Virus record (IMG/VR): IMGVR_UViG_3300020454_000007
Strand: one strand, 5' to 3'
DNA length: 20,000 bases
Source: an uncultured virus (IMG/VR IMGVR_UViG_3300020454_000007)
Lineage: Duplodnaviria; Heunggongvirae; Uroviricota; Caudoviricetes
A model generated the notes under the pieces. The model ran no database searches. It was not told where the DNA came from and worked only from the letters and a program-made list of their open reading frames with translations. The position numbers and the translations under genes are program-made. Below are positions 8,639 through 15,716 of this stretch, piece after piece (position 1 is the stretch's first letter; every line of letters starts with the position of its first letter).

Positions 8639-8861
8639 AACCCGTATGGAGCAGAAGAACGGTATGCAGCACACACTTGCTGCTAACGGCATCCTTATTA
8701 AAGTTGAAGAGAACGGTAATGGTTTACCGGAGATTATGTCCGAGGAGACCTTTATGGACCTGCTGATTATGCAGGAAGAAGAGGATGAGATGCCTCTCGA
8801 TATTGAAGACGAAGGCTGGGAAAACGAAGACTTAGACGACGATGGCCTCACATTTGTGTAA
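8517..8861 (+). CDS. nblA: NblA-like phycobilisome degradation protein with acidic C-terminal extension
   Basis: From ATG 8517: LTLEQRF...VSKMSRPALEKTALRLLKTRMEQKN resembles the NblA pattern L(S/T)LEQxF...VxxMSREQ...L...xN. It is followed by a D/E-rich tail. Confidence 0.65.
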   Translation: MSQQYPTKLTLEQRFAMSRARYEVSKMSRPALEKTALRLLKTRMEQKNGMQHTLAANGILIKVEENGNGLPEIMSEETFMDLLIMQEEEDEMPLDIEDEGWENEDLDDDGLTFV

Positions 8862-8899
8862 ATGCTGCTAGATTTACAGCATAGTTATGAACTAATATC

Positions 8900-9133
8900 A
8901 TGCCAATTGAAGCAATAGTTGGTCCTATCCTTGCGTTAGTCGTGTCAATGAAGTTCACTAAGTACACGGATGACGAGCGCAAGAAGAATCTGGTTATGGA
9001 GATAGATGCACTTCGAGCCGAGATGGTGGTTAAAACTCAACAGGAACATGCAGAGCTTGCCAAGAAGATGCTAATCACTGTCAGTCCTATGGCTAAAGCA
9101 CTTCGAGAATTGAAGGAAACTCTCGGCGTATAA
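8900..9133 (+). CDS. Hypothetical protein with N-terminal hydrophobic segment
   Basis: 77 aa, ATG start, fits the gene packing. Confidence 0.65.
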   Translation: MPIEAIVGPILALVVSMKFTKYTDDERKKNLVMEIDALRAEMVVKTQQEHAELAKKMLITVSPMAKALRELKETLGV

Positions 9134-9158
9134 TAGGGAAAGCAGAGTATAGATAGCG

Positions 9159-9452
9159 TTGGCAAATCTTAGAAACAAACCAATTGACAAGCGCTATCTT
9201 TCCCCACGGGATCGCTCTTCTGTAAGTAACAGGAGAGCTACAGCTCTTGCACGTACAAAGGCACGGCGCGGTCAAGCTGCGTATGAGTACAGTCGGCCTA
9301 AAAAATCTACTAAAAAGTACAGCGGTAGTAACGCATTCGCTCCAGGCATTAGAGCGCAGCAAGCTCGTATGAAGCAATTGTCTGCGGATAAGCAAAGGGC
9401 AGAGAGTTTACGGCCAGAAAAGGTTGCTTCTATAAATACAATCTATTCTTGA
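9159..9452 (+). CDS. Basic hypothetical protein
   Basis: 97 aa, R/K-rich, TTG start; fills the gap before the terminator region. Confidence 0.5.
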   Translation: MANLRNKPIDKRYLSPRDRSSVSNRRATALARTKARRGQAAYEYSRPKKSTKKYSGSNAFAPGIRAQQARMKQLSADKQRAESLRPEKVASINTIYS

Positions 9453-9500
9453 AAACAAACTTTTAATAAGAGAAATCCTTATTAAAGGTTTGAAAGAAGT

Positions 9501-9525
9501 AAAAAAATAGCCCGCGTTAGCGGGC
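9501..9525 (-). terminator. Rho-independent terminator for the psbA strand
   Basis: Hairpin GCCCGC-GTTA-GCGGGC (9510-9525) followed on the - strand by TATTTTTTT. Confidence 0.75.
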
Positions 9526-9566
9526 CTTAAGTATTACATTGTGAAAGTAGTTAATTATATTTAGTA

Positions 9567-9986
9567 GTGAAAACCTGCACTAAGTGCGGGTCTACAAAAC
9601 CGGATACTGACTTCTATACATACGGGAAGAAAGGCAAGAGACACGGTTCATGTAAGACCTGCTATAAGAAAAGATCAAAAGAAGACAAGGTCAAGCAAGG
9701 GCGGCGACACCGTAAATCTGTTGAATTACGGTGGCAATACGGATTGTCAATAGAAGATTACGAGAGAATGATTGAACTGTGCGACAACAAATGTGAAATT
9801 TGTGGTGCACCTCCACCTACTAAAGGCAGAAAAAAGACCCTGTGCGTAGACCATTGCCACGACACAGGGATTGTTAGGGGGTTGCTCTGCGACAAGTGCA
9901 ACAGAGCTATTGGACTTATAGGAGAAGACCATCAGACTTTGCTGAAAGCTATCCAATACTTGGCGCGGTCAAGGCCACTTCAGTAG
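9567..9986 (+). CDS. Endonuclease VII-family free-standing homing endonuclease (F-CphI-like)
   Basis: N-terminal CTKC...[45 protein letters not shown]. It overlaps the psbA 3' end by 38 bp. Confidence 0.88.
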   Translation: MKTCTKCGSTKPDTDFYTYGKKGKRHGSCKTCYKKRSKEDKVKQGRRHRKSVELRWQYGLSIEDYERMIELCDNKCEICGAPPPTKGRKKTLCVDHCHDTGIVRGLLCDKCNRAIGLIGEDHQTLLKAIQYLARSRPLQ

Positions 9987-11028
9987 AGCTGGCAGAAGCC
10001 AGATCAAGTGGAAAGTTATGTGCGTTCCTCTCATGGATCACCTCTAGACCGAGATTTGCTCCGTTTAGAACGTCAGCCCAGCTGTTGATAGGGCGACTTT
10101 GGGCATCCAGAATTGACTGGTTATTGTTAATGCCATTTAAATTGAACGCCATAGTAGATACTCCAAGGGAAGTAAACCAAATGCCCAGGACGGGCCAAGC
10201 AGCAAGGAAAAAATGAAGACTACGACTATTATTGAACGAAGCATATTGGAAAATAAGTCGTCCGAAATAACCGTGCGCCGCAACGATGTTATACGTTTCT
10301 TCTTCCTGTCCAAACTTGTAGCCATAGTTCTGTGAAACCGTTTCAGTGGTCTCACGAACAAGGGAGGACGTGACCAAAGATCCGTGCATAGCACTGAACA
10401 GCGCCCCACCGAACACGCCAGCAACTCCGAGCATATGAAAGGGATGCATAAGAATATTGTGCTCAGCCTGGAATACCAACATAAAGTTGAAGGTACCGCT
10501 AATCCCCAACGGCATACCGTCAGAAAAAGAGCCTTGTCCAAACGGATATACAAGGAATACCGCTGAAGCTGCGGCAACGGGGGCAGAATATGCAACACAA
10601 ATCCAGGGCCTCATCCCTAATCGATAGCTAAGTTCCCATTCGCGTCCCAGGTAAGCAAAGATGCCAATGAGGAAGTGGAAGACGACAAGCTGATATGGCC
10701 CGCCGTTGTAGAGCCATTCGTCAAGTGAAGCAGCTTCCCAAATTGGATAGAAATGTAGTCCGATTGCATTGCTGCTTGGGACGACAGCTCCTGAGATGAT
10801 GTTGTTTCCGTACATAATTGAGCCGGAAACTGGTTCTCTGATGCCATCGATATCTACCGGGGGTGCTGCAACGAATGCTGTGATAAAGCAGATTGCTGCT
10901 GCTAACAGTGTGGGGATCATTAATACACCGAACCAACCGACGTAAAGACGGTTGTTGGTGGATGTTACCCACTCACAAAAAGATTCCCAGTTATTACGGG
11001 ACTGGGTACCCGAGATCATTGTAGTCAT
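9949..11028 (-). CDS. psbA: Photosystem II D1 protein
   Basis: 359 aa; [40 protein letters not shown]. No intron; E at position 130; C-terminal extension after A344. Confidence 0.99.
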   Translation of the reverse strand: MTTMISGTQSRNNWESFCEWVTSTNNRLYVGWFGVLMIPTLLAAAICFITAFVAAPPVDIDGIREPVSGSIMYGNNIISGAVVPSSNAIGLHFYPIWEAASLDEWLYNGGPYQLVVFHFLIGIFAYLGREWELSYRLGMRPWICVAYSAPVAAASAVFLVYPFGQGSFSDGMPLGISGTFNFMLVFQAEHNILMHPFHMLGVAGVFGGALFSAMHGSLVTSSLVRETTETVSQNYGYKFGQEEETYNIVAAHGYFGRLIFQYASFNNSRSLHFFLAAWPVLGIWFTSLGVSTMAFNLNGINNNQSILDAQSRPINSWADVLNGANLGLEVIHERNAHNFPLDLASASSTEVALTAPSIG

Positions 11029-11137
11029 TATTAAGACGTGATTTGTTTACGGGTATTACTCAGCGTTCTCACGCCTACTTTACTATCTTAGGTCAGTAAA
11101 TTCTCACATAGGGGATATTCACTTAAAAAAGTGCAAT

Positions 11138-11163
11138 AAAAAACCCCTGCCGTAGCAGAGGTT
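11138..11163 (-). terminator. Rho-independent terminator upstream of psbA
   Basis: On the - strand: AACCTCTGC-TACG-GCAGGGGTT followed by a T run; cUACGg tetraloop. Confidence 0.75.
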
Positions 11164-11199
11164 GAAACCCTAAGAGTTGGTCTAACCATATCCTAATGT

Positions 11200-11493
11200 T
11201 TATTCACCAGGAAAGTCGCGGGGTCTAGGTGTTGTTTCTTCCGTACTAAAGTCAACACCTTGTCCCGCATTATCAGTCGAGGGAGAGCCTTCGTTACATG
11301 CTTCAGTACGTTGAAATGTAACGCGCTTATACCTGTTTTTAAAAACATCAGGTATCCAGTGTACTTCTATCCAATCAATTGTTGGATTAAGTTCTCTATG
11401 CCTCTCGATACTGTGTGAATGAATACCTGTCTGAATGTAACCGTCATGTGATATGCAGCGGTCACGAAATCTGTATAGGTATAACGTCTTCAC
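11200..11493 (-). CDS. Hypothetical protein co-transcribed with the riboswitch-controlled peptide
   Basis: 97 aa; GTG start overlaps the upstream stop (GTGA) and the ORF ends just before a terminator. Confidence 0.6.
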   Translation of the reverse strand: MKTLYLYRFRDRCISHDGYIQTGIHSHSIERHRELNPTIDWIEVHWIPDVFKNRYKRVTFQRTEACNEGSPSTDNAGQGVDFSTEETTPRPRDFPGE

Positions 11494-11654
11494 TTGGTAT
11501 AGGTAACTCCTCTGTAAGTATAAGAACCGTGGGGTTCTGTGCGCTGCCAGTTATAAGAAACAGGCACACCGCGATAGGCAGTATGAGAAAGTTGCGCACG
11601 ACGAGTTGCTTCCGCCTTTTCGATTTGGCGCTTGATGATTGAGAGTGTGTTCAT
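11490..11654 (-). CDS. 54-aa DUF4278-like YRGV peptide (not in ORF track)
   Basis: MNTLSIIKRQIEKAEATRRAQLSHTAYRGVPVSYNWQRTEPHGSYTYRGVTYTK, with two YRGV motifs and GGAG 6 nt before the ATG. Confidence 0.85.
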   Translation of the reverse strand: MNTLSIIKRQIEKAEATRRAQLSHTAYRGVPVSYNWQRTEPHGSYTYRGVTYTK

Positions 11655-11683
11655 TGGAAACTCCATAGTTAAGTGAAATTTCC

Positions 11684-11734
11684 CGTTCCTTCGGACTCTG
11701 TCCTACTTGCGTCCCCTCTGCGGGGATGAACGAT
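11684..11734 (-). ncRNA. Glutamine riboswitch (glnA RNA class)
   Basis: On the - strand: ATCGTTC-A-TCCCC-GCAGA-GGGGA-CGCAAGTA-GGAC-AGA-GTCC-GAAG-GAACG. P1 is CGTTC/GAACG, P2 is TCCCC/GGGGA, the E-loop is AGTA/GAA and P3 is GGAC/GTCC. It sits in the 5' UTR of a YRGV peptide. Confidence 0.85.
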
Positions 11735-11740
11735 ATTTAT

Positions 11741-11764
11741 ATTGTAGCTGTTGCTACTTGTCAA
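11741..11764 (-). promoter_or_regulatory. Promoter with NtcA box overlapping the -10 element
   Basis: On the - strand: TTGACA-A-GTAGCAACAGCTAC-AAT-ATAAAT-ATCGTTC. GTA-N8-TAC lies at 11757-11744 and TACAAT at 11746-11741, 6 nt before the first riboswitch base. Confidence 0.75.
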
Positions 11765-11942
11765 AGTTGATTTCTAAGATCATTGCTTGAAATCTGGTAC
11801 GGATAGTGAATAATGCATCCTGATCTATGTAACCCTCACCCGCCCACTTTTCGAGGGTGTAGGCAACTGCACTCTCAATGGCACGTACAGTGCGCTCGTT
11901 AAGAGTACAGACAATTAGGTCACCTGGGTTTTCTTCATTCAT
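11754..11942 (-). CDS. Hypothetical protein
   Basis: 62 aa, starts 1 nt after the polymerase stop; its stop codon lies within the NtcA box. Confidence 0.65.
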   Translation of the reverse strand: MNEENPGDLIVCTLNERTVRAIESAVAYTLEKWAGEGYIDQDALFTIRTRFQAMILEINFDK

Positions 11943-11943
11943 A

Positions 11944-13260
11944 TCAATGGGTGTCAGACCAGCTCACGCCTTTGTCGGCGGATGCTGTGATGGGCACTTT
12001 AAAGTTGTAGTGTTTACCGGCAAGAGGCGCTGCCTCAACCAAGATTCTTGCAAGGCGATCAGCTTCGCTCGGTATGACTGAGAATTGTTGTTCATCGTGT
12101 ACGTAGGCGCAACGGGTATAGTCTTTGTTGTAAGTTAAGCCGGTATTATCTATCATATCTTGTGAAATAACACACCAACGCTTACTTAGAATCGCTCCAG
12201 CTGATTGAAGCAAGAAGTTGATAGCACTGTGTTCTGCACGTACAAAGATAGGACGCCTGTCTAAGCCCTTCAGCTGCCCCTCACGGCGAGCCTTTTGCTT
12301 GACAGCTTCTACCAGTGGTTCAAGTCCGGGAATAGCATCCAGGAACTTTCTACGCAGCTCTCCGCCAAGGGAGCGTTTGGCTGCATCTGATAGAGCAGGG
12401 TCCATCGTATGGCCCAACTTTAGGTCGCCAGCGCCATAGATAAAGGCATAGGTCAGCGACTTCACCTCCTTGCGGCTGCATCCCACACGGTCAGCGTTCT
12501 GCTGGTGGATGTCACCATTGATGACAACGTCAGCAAAAGAGCCACCGTCAAACCTGCTGAGGTAGTGACCAAGGCAACGCAGCTCCAGACCTTCAAGGTC
12601 ACAGCCAACCATTACGTGTCCGGCGTGCGGAACAAATAGTTTCCGTGCCCACGGTGCACTCACAACCTGTCCCAAATTTGGACCCCGATGCGCGTTCCTA
12701 CCCGTGACTGTTGCAAGGGAGCAGCTGTGGTGAATGCAGCCATCGCCCTCAATAGAGTTGAACCAAGAGTTGGTTCCCTCCGATAGCTGACCCAACCACT
12801 TCTGTAATTGCAGCAGCTTGATAAACAACTCGCACTGATCGTGAAGAGGTTGATTACCTTGCTGTAGTGCAGTGTCCTTTAGCTCCGACAGGGTGGCTTC
12901 ATCGACTTTGGGTTTGCCAGTGTCGGTGGTTTTAGTGAAGCGAGCACCCTGGTGGTTTTGTAGAGCCCAGGCAATGTGTTGACGGGAGGTCGGGTTGAAT
13001 TCCGTAAGCCTGGTCATCGGTGAGCCAGAGACATAGCCGTTCTTCTTGTCATTCCGCTTAGGTGTGAACACCTTGCCCGGTATGTAAAGGTACTTAGCTT
13101 TGATCTGGTTAGAGAGTTCGTCAAACTCGTCCTGCAGTTGTTGCCTGACTTCAGTGGCTGCGTTCATATCGAACTTGAAGCCTGATGTCTCCTGGTCCGC
13201 CATAAGGCAGGCCATTCGCATCTCCAGGGCAACGCAATCCGGTAGCTTCATCATCATCAT
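11944..13260 (-). CDS. polA: Family A DNA polymerase, polymerase domain only (T7-like)
   Basis: FNPTSRQHI, ATVTGRNAH, motif A DLEGLELR, motif B RKEVKSLTYAFIYG, motif C VHDE. Start is one of four tandem ATGs at 13260-13249. Confidence 0.93.
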   Translation of the reverse strand: MMMMKLPDCVALEMRMACLMADQETSGFKFDMNAATEVRQQLQDEFDELSNQIKAKYLYIPGKVFTPKRNDKKNGYVSGSPMTRLTEFNPTSRQHIAWALQNHQGARFTKTTDTGKPKVDEATLSELKDTALQQGNQPLHDQCELFIKLLQLQKWLGQLSEGTNSWFNSIEGDGCIHHSCSLATVTGRNAHRGPNLGQVVSAPWARKLFVPHAGHVMVGCDLEGLELRCLGHYLSRFDGGSFADVVINGDIHQQNADRVGCSRKEVKSLTYAFIYGAGDLKLGHTMDPALSDAAKRSLGGELRRKFLDAIPGLEPLVEAVKQKARREGQLKGLDRRPIFVRAEHSAINFLLQSAGAILSKRWCVISQDMIDNTGLTYNKDYTRCAYVHDEQQFSVIPSEADRLARILVEAAPLAGKHYNFKVPITASADKGVSWSDTH

Positions 13261-13372
13261 CGTCAAATATGAATTCGTAAGTTGTACTGTCTGGTTGATA
13301 GCTCAGACGGAGCCAATTGACTGGACAATCGTCCAGCCACTGTTCAAATAAAGCTCTATTCATCGTTGTCAT
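13151..13372 (-). CDS. Small hypothetical protein overlapping the polymerase start
   Basis: FEQWLDDCPVNW...YEFIFDDDDDE, coupled to the upstream ORF; the last ~35 codons run inside polA in another frame. Confidence 0.5.
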   Translation of the reverse strand: MTTMNRALFEQWLDDCPVNWLRLSYQPDSTTYEFIFDDDDDEATGLRCPGDANGLPYGGPGDIRLQVRYERSH

Positions 13373-13574
13373 TAATAAAACCGATACCCATGGGGCTTGC
13401 TTTCGTGTCAGAACGCTTCTTCATTACAAGAGCGCCCAGTGATTTCATTACAGCTAGTACGTCTTCGGCTTTAGCGCCAGTACCTAGCTGCTTCTTTACG
13501 TAGTTGTACTTCTCGAAAAATTCAGGTCCGATGTCTTGGTAGTCCTCAAGTGTGATCTCTTTGTTCTTACTCAT
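13356..13574 (-). CDS. Hypothetical protein
   Basis: 72 aa, overlaps the exonuclease stop, ends ...PMGIGF. Confidence 0.7.
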   Translation of the reverse strand: MSKNKEITLEDYQDIGPEFFEKYNYVKKQLGTGAKAEDVLAVMKSLGALVMKKRSDTKASPMGIGFINDNDE

Positions 13575-14088
13575 AGTCTTTCATTCTCCTGAGCATAAGC
13601 TCAAATAGTTTTACGGTTACTTGTGTGTCTTGGATGCAGTAGTCGAGCATCTCAGGGGTGTAGGTGGCCCAGTCATTGGTCTCACCAAAGTCGCCTTTGT
13701 AGCAACGCAGGCGGAAGCCCCACGCCTTGAGGCTGTGTGAGCCATAGAGCTTTGCAGGCATACCTGATGGTTTGCGCTCAAAGTCTTTGTCTTTGATGTT
13801 CGGATAGAACAGTCGGCTAAGGACAAGCGTGTCGATTAGCTCACCTTGAAAGTCAAAGTTGTACTGCTCTTTGATTAGAGGTATGTCATAGGAAATGATG
13901 TTGTGACCAATCAGCGCATGAGAGTTACGCAGTTGATCAATGCCCATCTCCAGCGTCTGATCTTCACGATGGTCATAGACCATTGCGTCGTCAGGACTCT
14001 GCATATCGCGAGCGACGATGCAGTGAATACGAGAGCCTCTCCTGAGTAAGCCAGTGCTCTCAATGTCAAACAGAAGTGTTGAATTCAT
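13567..14088 (-). CDS. Stand-alone 3'-5' exonuclease domain of family A DNA polymerase
   Basis: From ATG 14088: FDIESTGL (ExoI), GHNIISYDIP (ExoII), DTLVLSRL, SHSLKAWG, YCIQDT (ExoIII). Confidence 0.92.
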   Translation of the reverse strand: MNSTLLFDIESTGLLRRGSRIHCIVARDMQSPDDAMVYDHREDQTLEMGIDQLRNSHALIGHNIISYDIPLIKEQYNFDFQGELIDTLVLSRLFYPNIKDKDFERKPSGMPAKLYGSHSLKAWGFRLRCYKGDFGETNDWATYTPEMLDYCIQDTQVTVKLFELMLRRMKDYE

Positions 14089-14647
14089 CTGAGTACTCTG
14101 TATGTTTCTCAATGTCAAAAGATTCTTCTTCAACCGGACTGCTCGTGTAGAGGTCTTTGTTTTGGAAGTGCTCTTCTTGGTTGTCGAAGCGGGGGGATTG
14201 ATTGTTTGTGCTGAATCTTTGATCTTCATCTTCCCAGTGTGGTTCAATTGATATTTGCAATTCGCGAGCCAGACGTGCTGCACGTCTAAACTCATCTTTG
14301 TAGTAGGGTTCCCACTCGTGAGCGAGAACAATCACCTTACGGATACCCATAAGGTGCAATTGAAATATAGCAGCGGAGAATGGATAACGGGTGGTATAAA
14401 CAACCGCACCTTGTAACGGTGTGCCTCTGCTAGCAGCGGTGCCTATTGCATAAGCAACGCAGTCAACTTCAACCTTGCAGGAAGCAAGGATGCTGCGGCC
14501 ATCACCAAGTATGTTTCGCTGTCGTACTAACACGCACCCACCGGGGGCGATGGGATGAGTCGAGCCTTCAGCGATGACTTTGGCCACGTTCATAAAATAT
14601 TTATCCTGATCAGTAATATGTGTTGGGTCACCTTTAATAATGGCCAT
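14066..14647 (-). CDS. dCMP deaminase-fold protein lacking Zn ligands
   Basis: DKYFMNVAKVIAEGST..GCVLV..G...AI...G..LQGAVVYTTRYP...GIRKV framework. HAE is replaced by DCV and PCxxC by PFSAA. Confidence 0.75.
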   Translation of the reverse strand: MAIIKGDPTHITDQDKYFMNVAKVIAEGSTHPIAPGGCVLVRQRNILGDGRSILASCKVEVDCVAYAIGTAASRGTPLQGAVVYTTRYPFSAAIFQLHLMGIRKVIVLAHEWEPYYKDEFRRAARLARELQISIEPHWEDEDQRFSTNNQSPRFDNQEEHFQNKDLYTSSPVEEESFDIEKHTEYSDEFNTSV

Positions 14648-14713
14648 TACTATTGCATTATCGAGTCATCTTCTATATACTAAGTACATAGAAAACGATA
14701 CGCGAATACAACT

Positions 14714-15085
14714 ATGGAAAGAGATTACACCCAGTTCCTAAGGGATTTTGAATTCCAAAAAGAGTGGGACGACTTATATAAGTGCGACGTTATCTTTGAT
14801 GAAGATACTCAGGCAGCTGAATTTCAATGTATTCCAAAAGCGGATATGGTTAATAGCCCTGACCATTACACAAAGGGTAAACAAGAAGCAATCGACATCA
14901 TTGAAGAAGCAATTGCAGATGCACCCGGACCCAAGACTGGGCTACTTCAAGGCAACGCACTGAAGTATCTCCTTCGCCTTTGGCATAAGGAGAACGCATT
15001 GCAGGATGCCAAGAAAGCCCGTTGGTATCTTGACCGTCTGATCGAAAAGCTTGAAGGGAACGAAGGTCCGTGCGTTCTCGGCTGA
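14714..15085 (+). CDS. DUF3310 protein (T7 gp1.7-related nucleotide kinase family)
   Basis: DMVNSPDHYTKG..EAIDII...GNALKYLLR..HK....QDAKKARWYL. Confidence 0.85.
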   Translation: MERDYTQFLRDFEFQKEWDDLYKCDVIFDEDTQAAEFQCIPKADMVNSPDHYTKGKQEAIDIIEEAIADAPGPKTGLLQGNALKYLLRLWHKENALQDAKKARWYLDRLIEKLEGNEGPCVLG

Positions 15086-15288
15086 GAAAGCTCTCTCTAG
15101 GCACAGGTTTTGTCGGCCTGTGCTGCTTTGTTAATGGATATTACATCGCAGCTTTGTCAATCAGAATCGGTACTGAGCTACTACGCTTGCCCACTTTCAT
15201 GTATGAACAAAAGAAAGATCAAGTCGCATTAGCATATTTGTCAGTCGGTGCCTGCTGTTTTGGCATTTACCGTTTAACATTTTGGTAA
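15070..15288 (+). CDS. Small membrane protein
   Basis: 72 aa, hydrophobic, GTG start, ends at the hairpin between convergent genes. Confidence 0.5.
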   Translation: MRSRLRKLSLGTGFVGLCCFVNGYYIAALSIRIGTELLRLPTFMYEQKKDQVALAYLSVGACCFGIYRLTFW

Positions 15289-15289
15289 C

Positions 15290-15307
15290 AACCGGCGTTA
15301 GCCGGTT
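15290..15307. terminator. Hairpin between convergent genes
   Basis: AACCGGC-GTTA-GCCGGTT; no clear U-tract on either strand. Confidence 0.45.
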
Positions 15308-15716
15308 AGCACCTCTTAAATAAAAGGCAGTTGTCCCGTACTTCAAGTTCTTCGTGATCTTTGATGTGCGGGATTAACTTTGTATATGCGGTTTTAGTTC
15401 TAAGTACAGTGTGCTCGAAATACAAACAGATACCTTCTGACAACTCTTTAACATCTGGCTTAAACCAAGCAAGGGGTTTAATGCAATGCCATAGCTCCAT
15501 ACTCTGACTGCACCAAGAGTTTAGCTCTTCAACACGCTGCGCAGTTTTGATGATGTGTTGCTCATGCGCTAGGTCTTGGGGTATATGAACTACACCCTCA
15601 GATGCTAATGCGTCACGCCAAGTAAGCGTACCGTCACGAATGATCAGTCGTTGAGGGTGGAATTTGTTACCTGACGGTAGGTTGTAAAAAGTGCCTTCTG
15701 CAAAGTATTTCTGCAT
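15306..15716 (-). CDS. Hypothetical protein
   Basis: 136 aa, TGATG-coupled to the upstream gene. Confidence 0.7.
   Translation of the reverse strand: MQKYFAEGTFYNLPSGNKFHPQRLIIRDGTLTWRDALASEGVVHIPQDLAHEQHIIKTAQRVEELNSWCSQSMELWHCIKPLAWFKPDVKELSEGICLYFEHTVLRTKTAYTKLIPHIKDHEELEVRDNCLLFKRC

Noticed and set aside
9949..11028. Group I intron in psbA or psbA pseudogene
   Set aside because: The frame is continuous at 359 aa and the key ligands are present.
11415..11642. 75-aa + strand ORF
   Set aside because: Antisense to the YRGV peptide, which has an RBS, a riboswitch and a promoter.
14089..14331. N-terminal extension of the exonuclease ORF in the track
   Set aside because: It lies inside the deaminase-like gene; ATG 14088 directly precedes ExoI.
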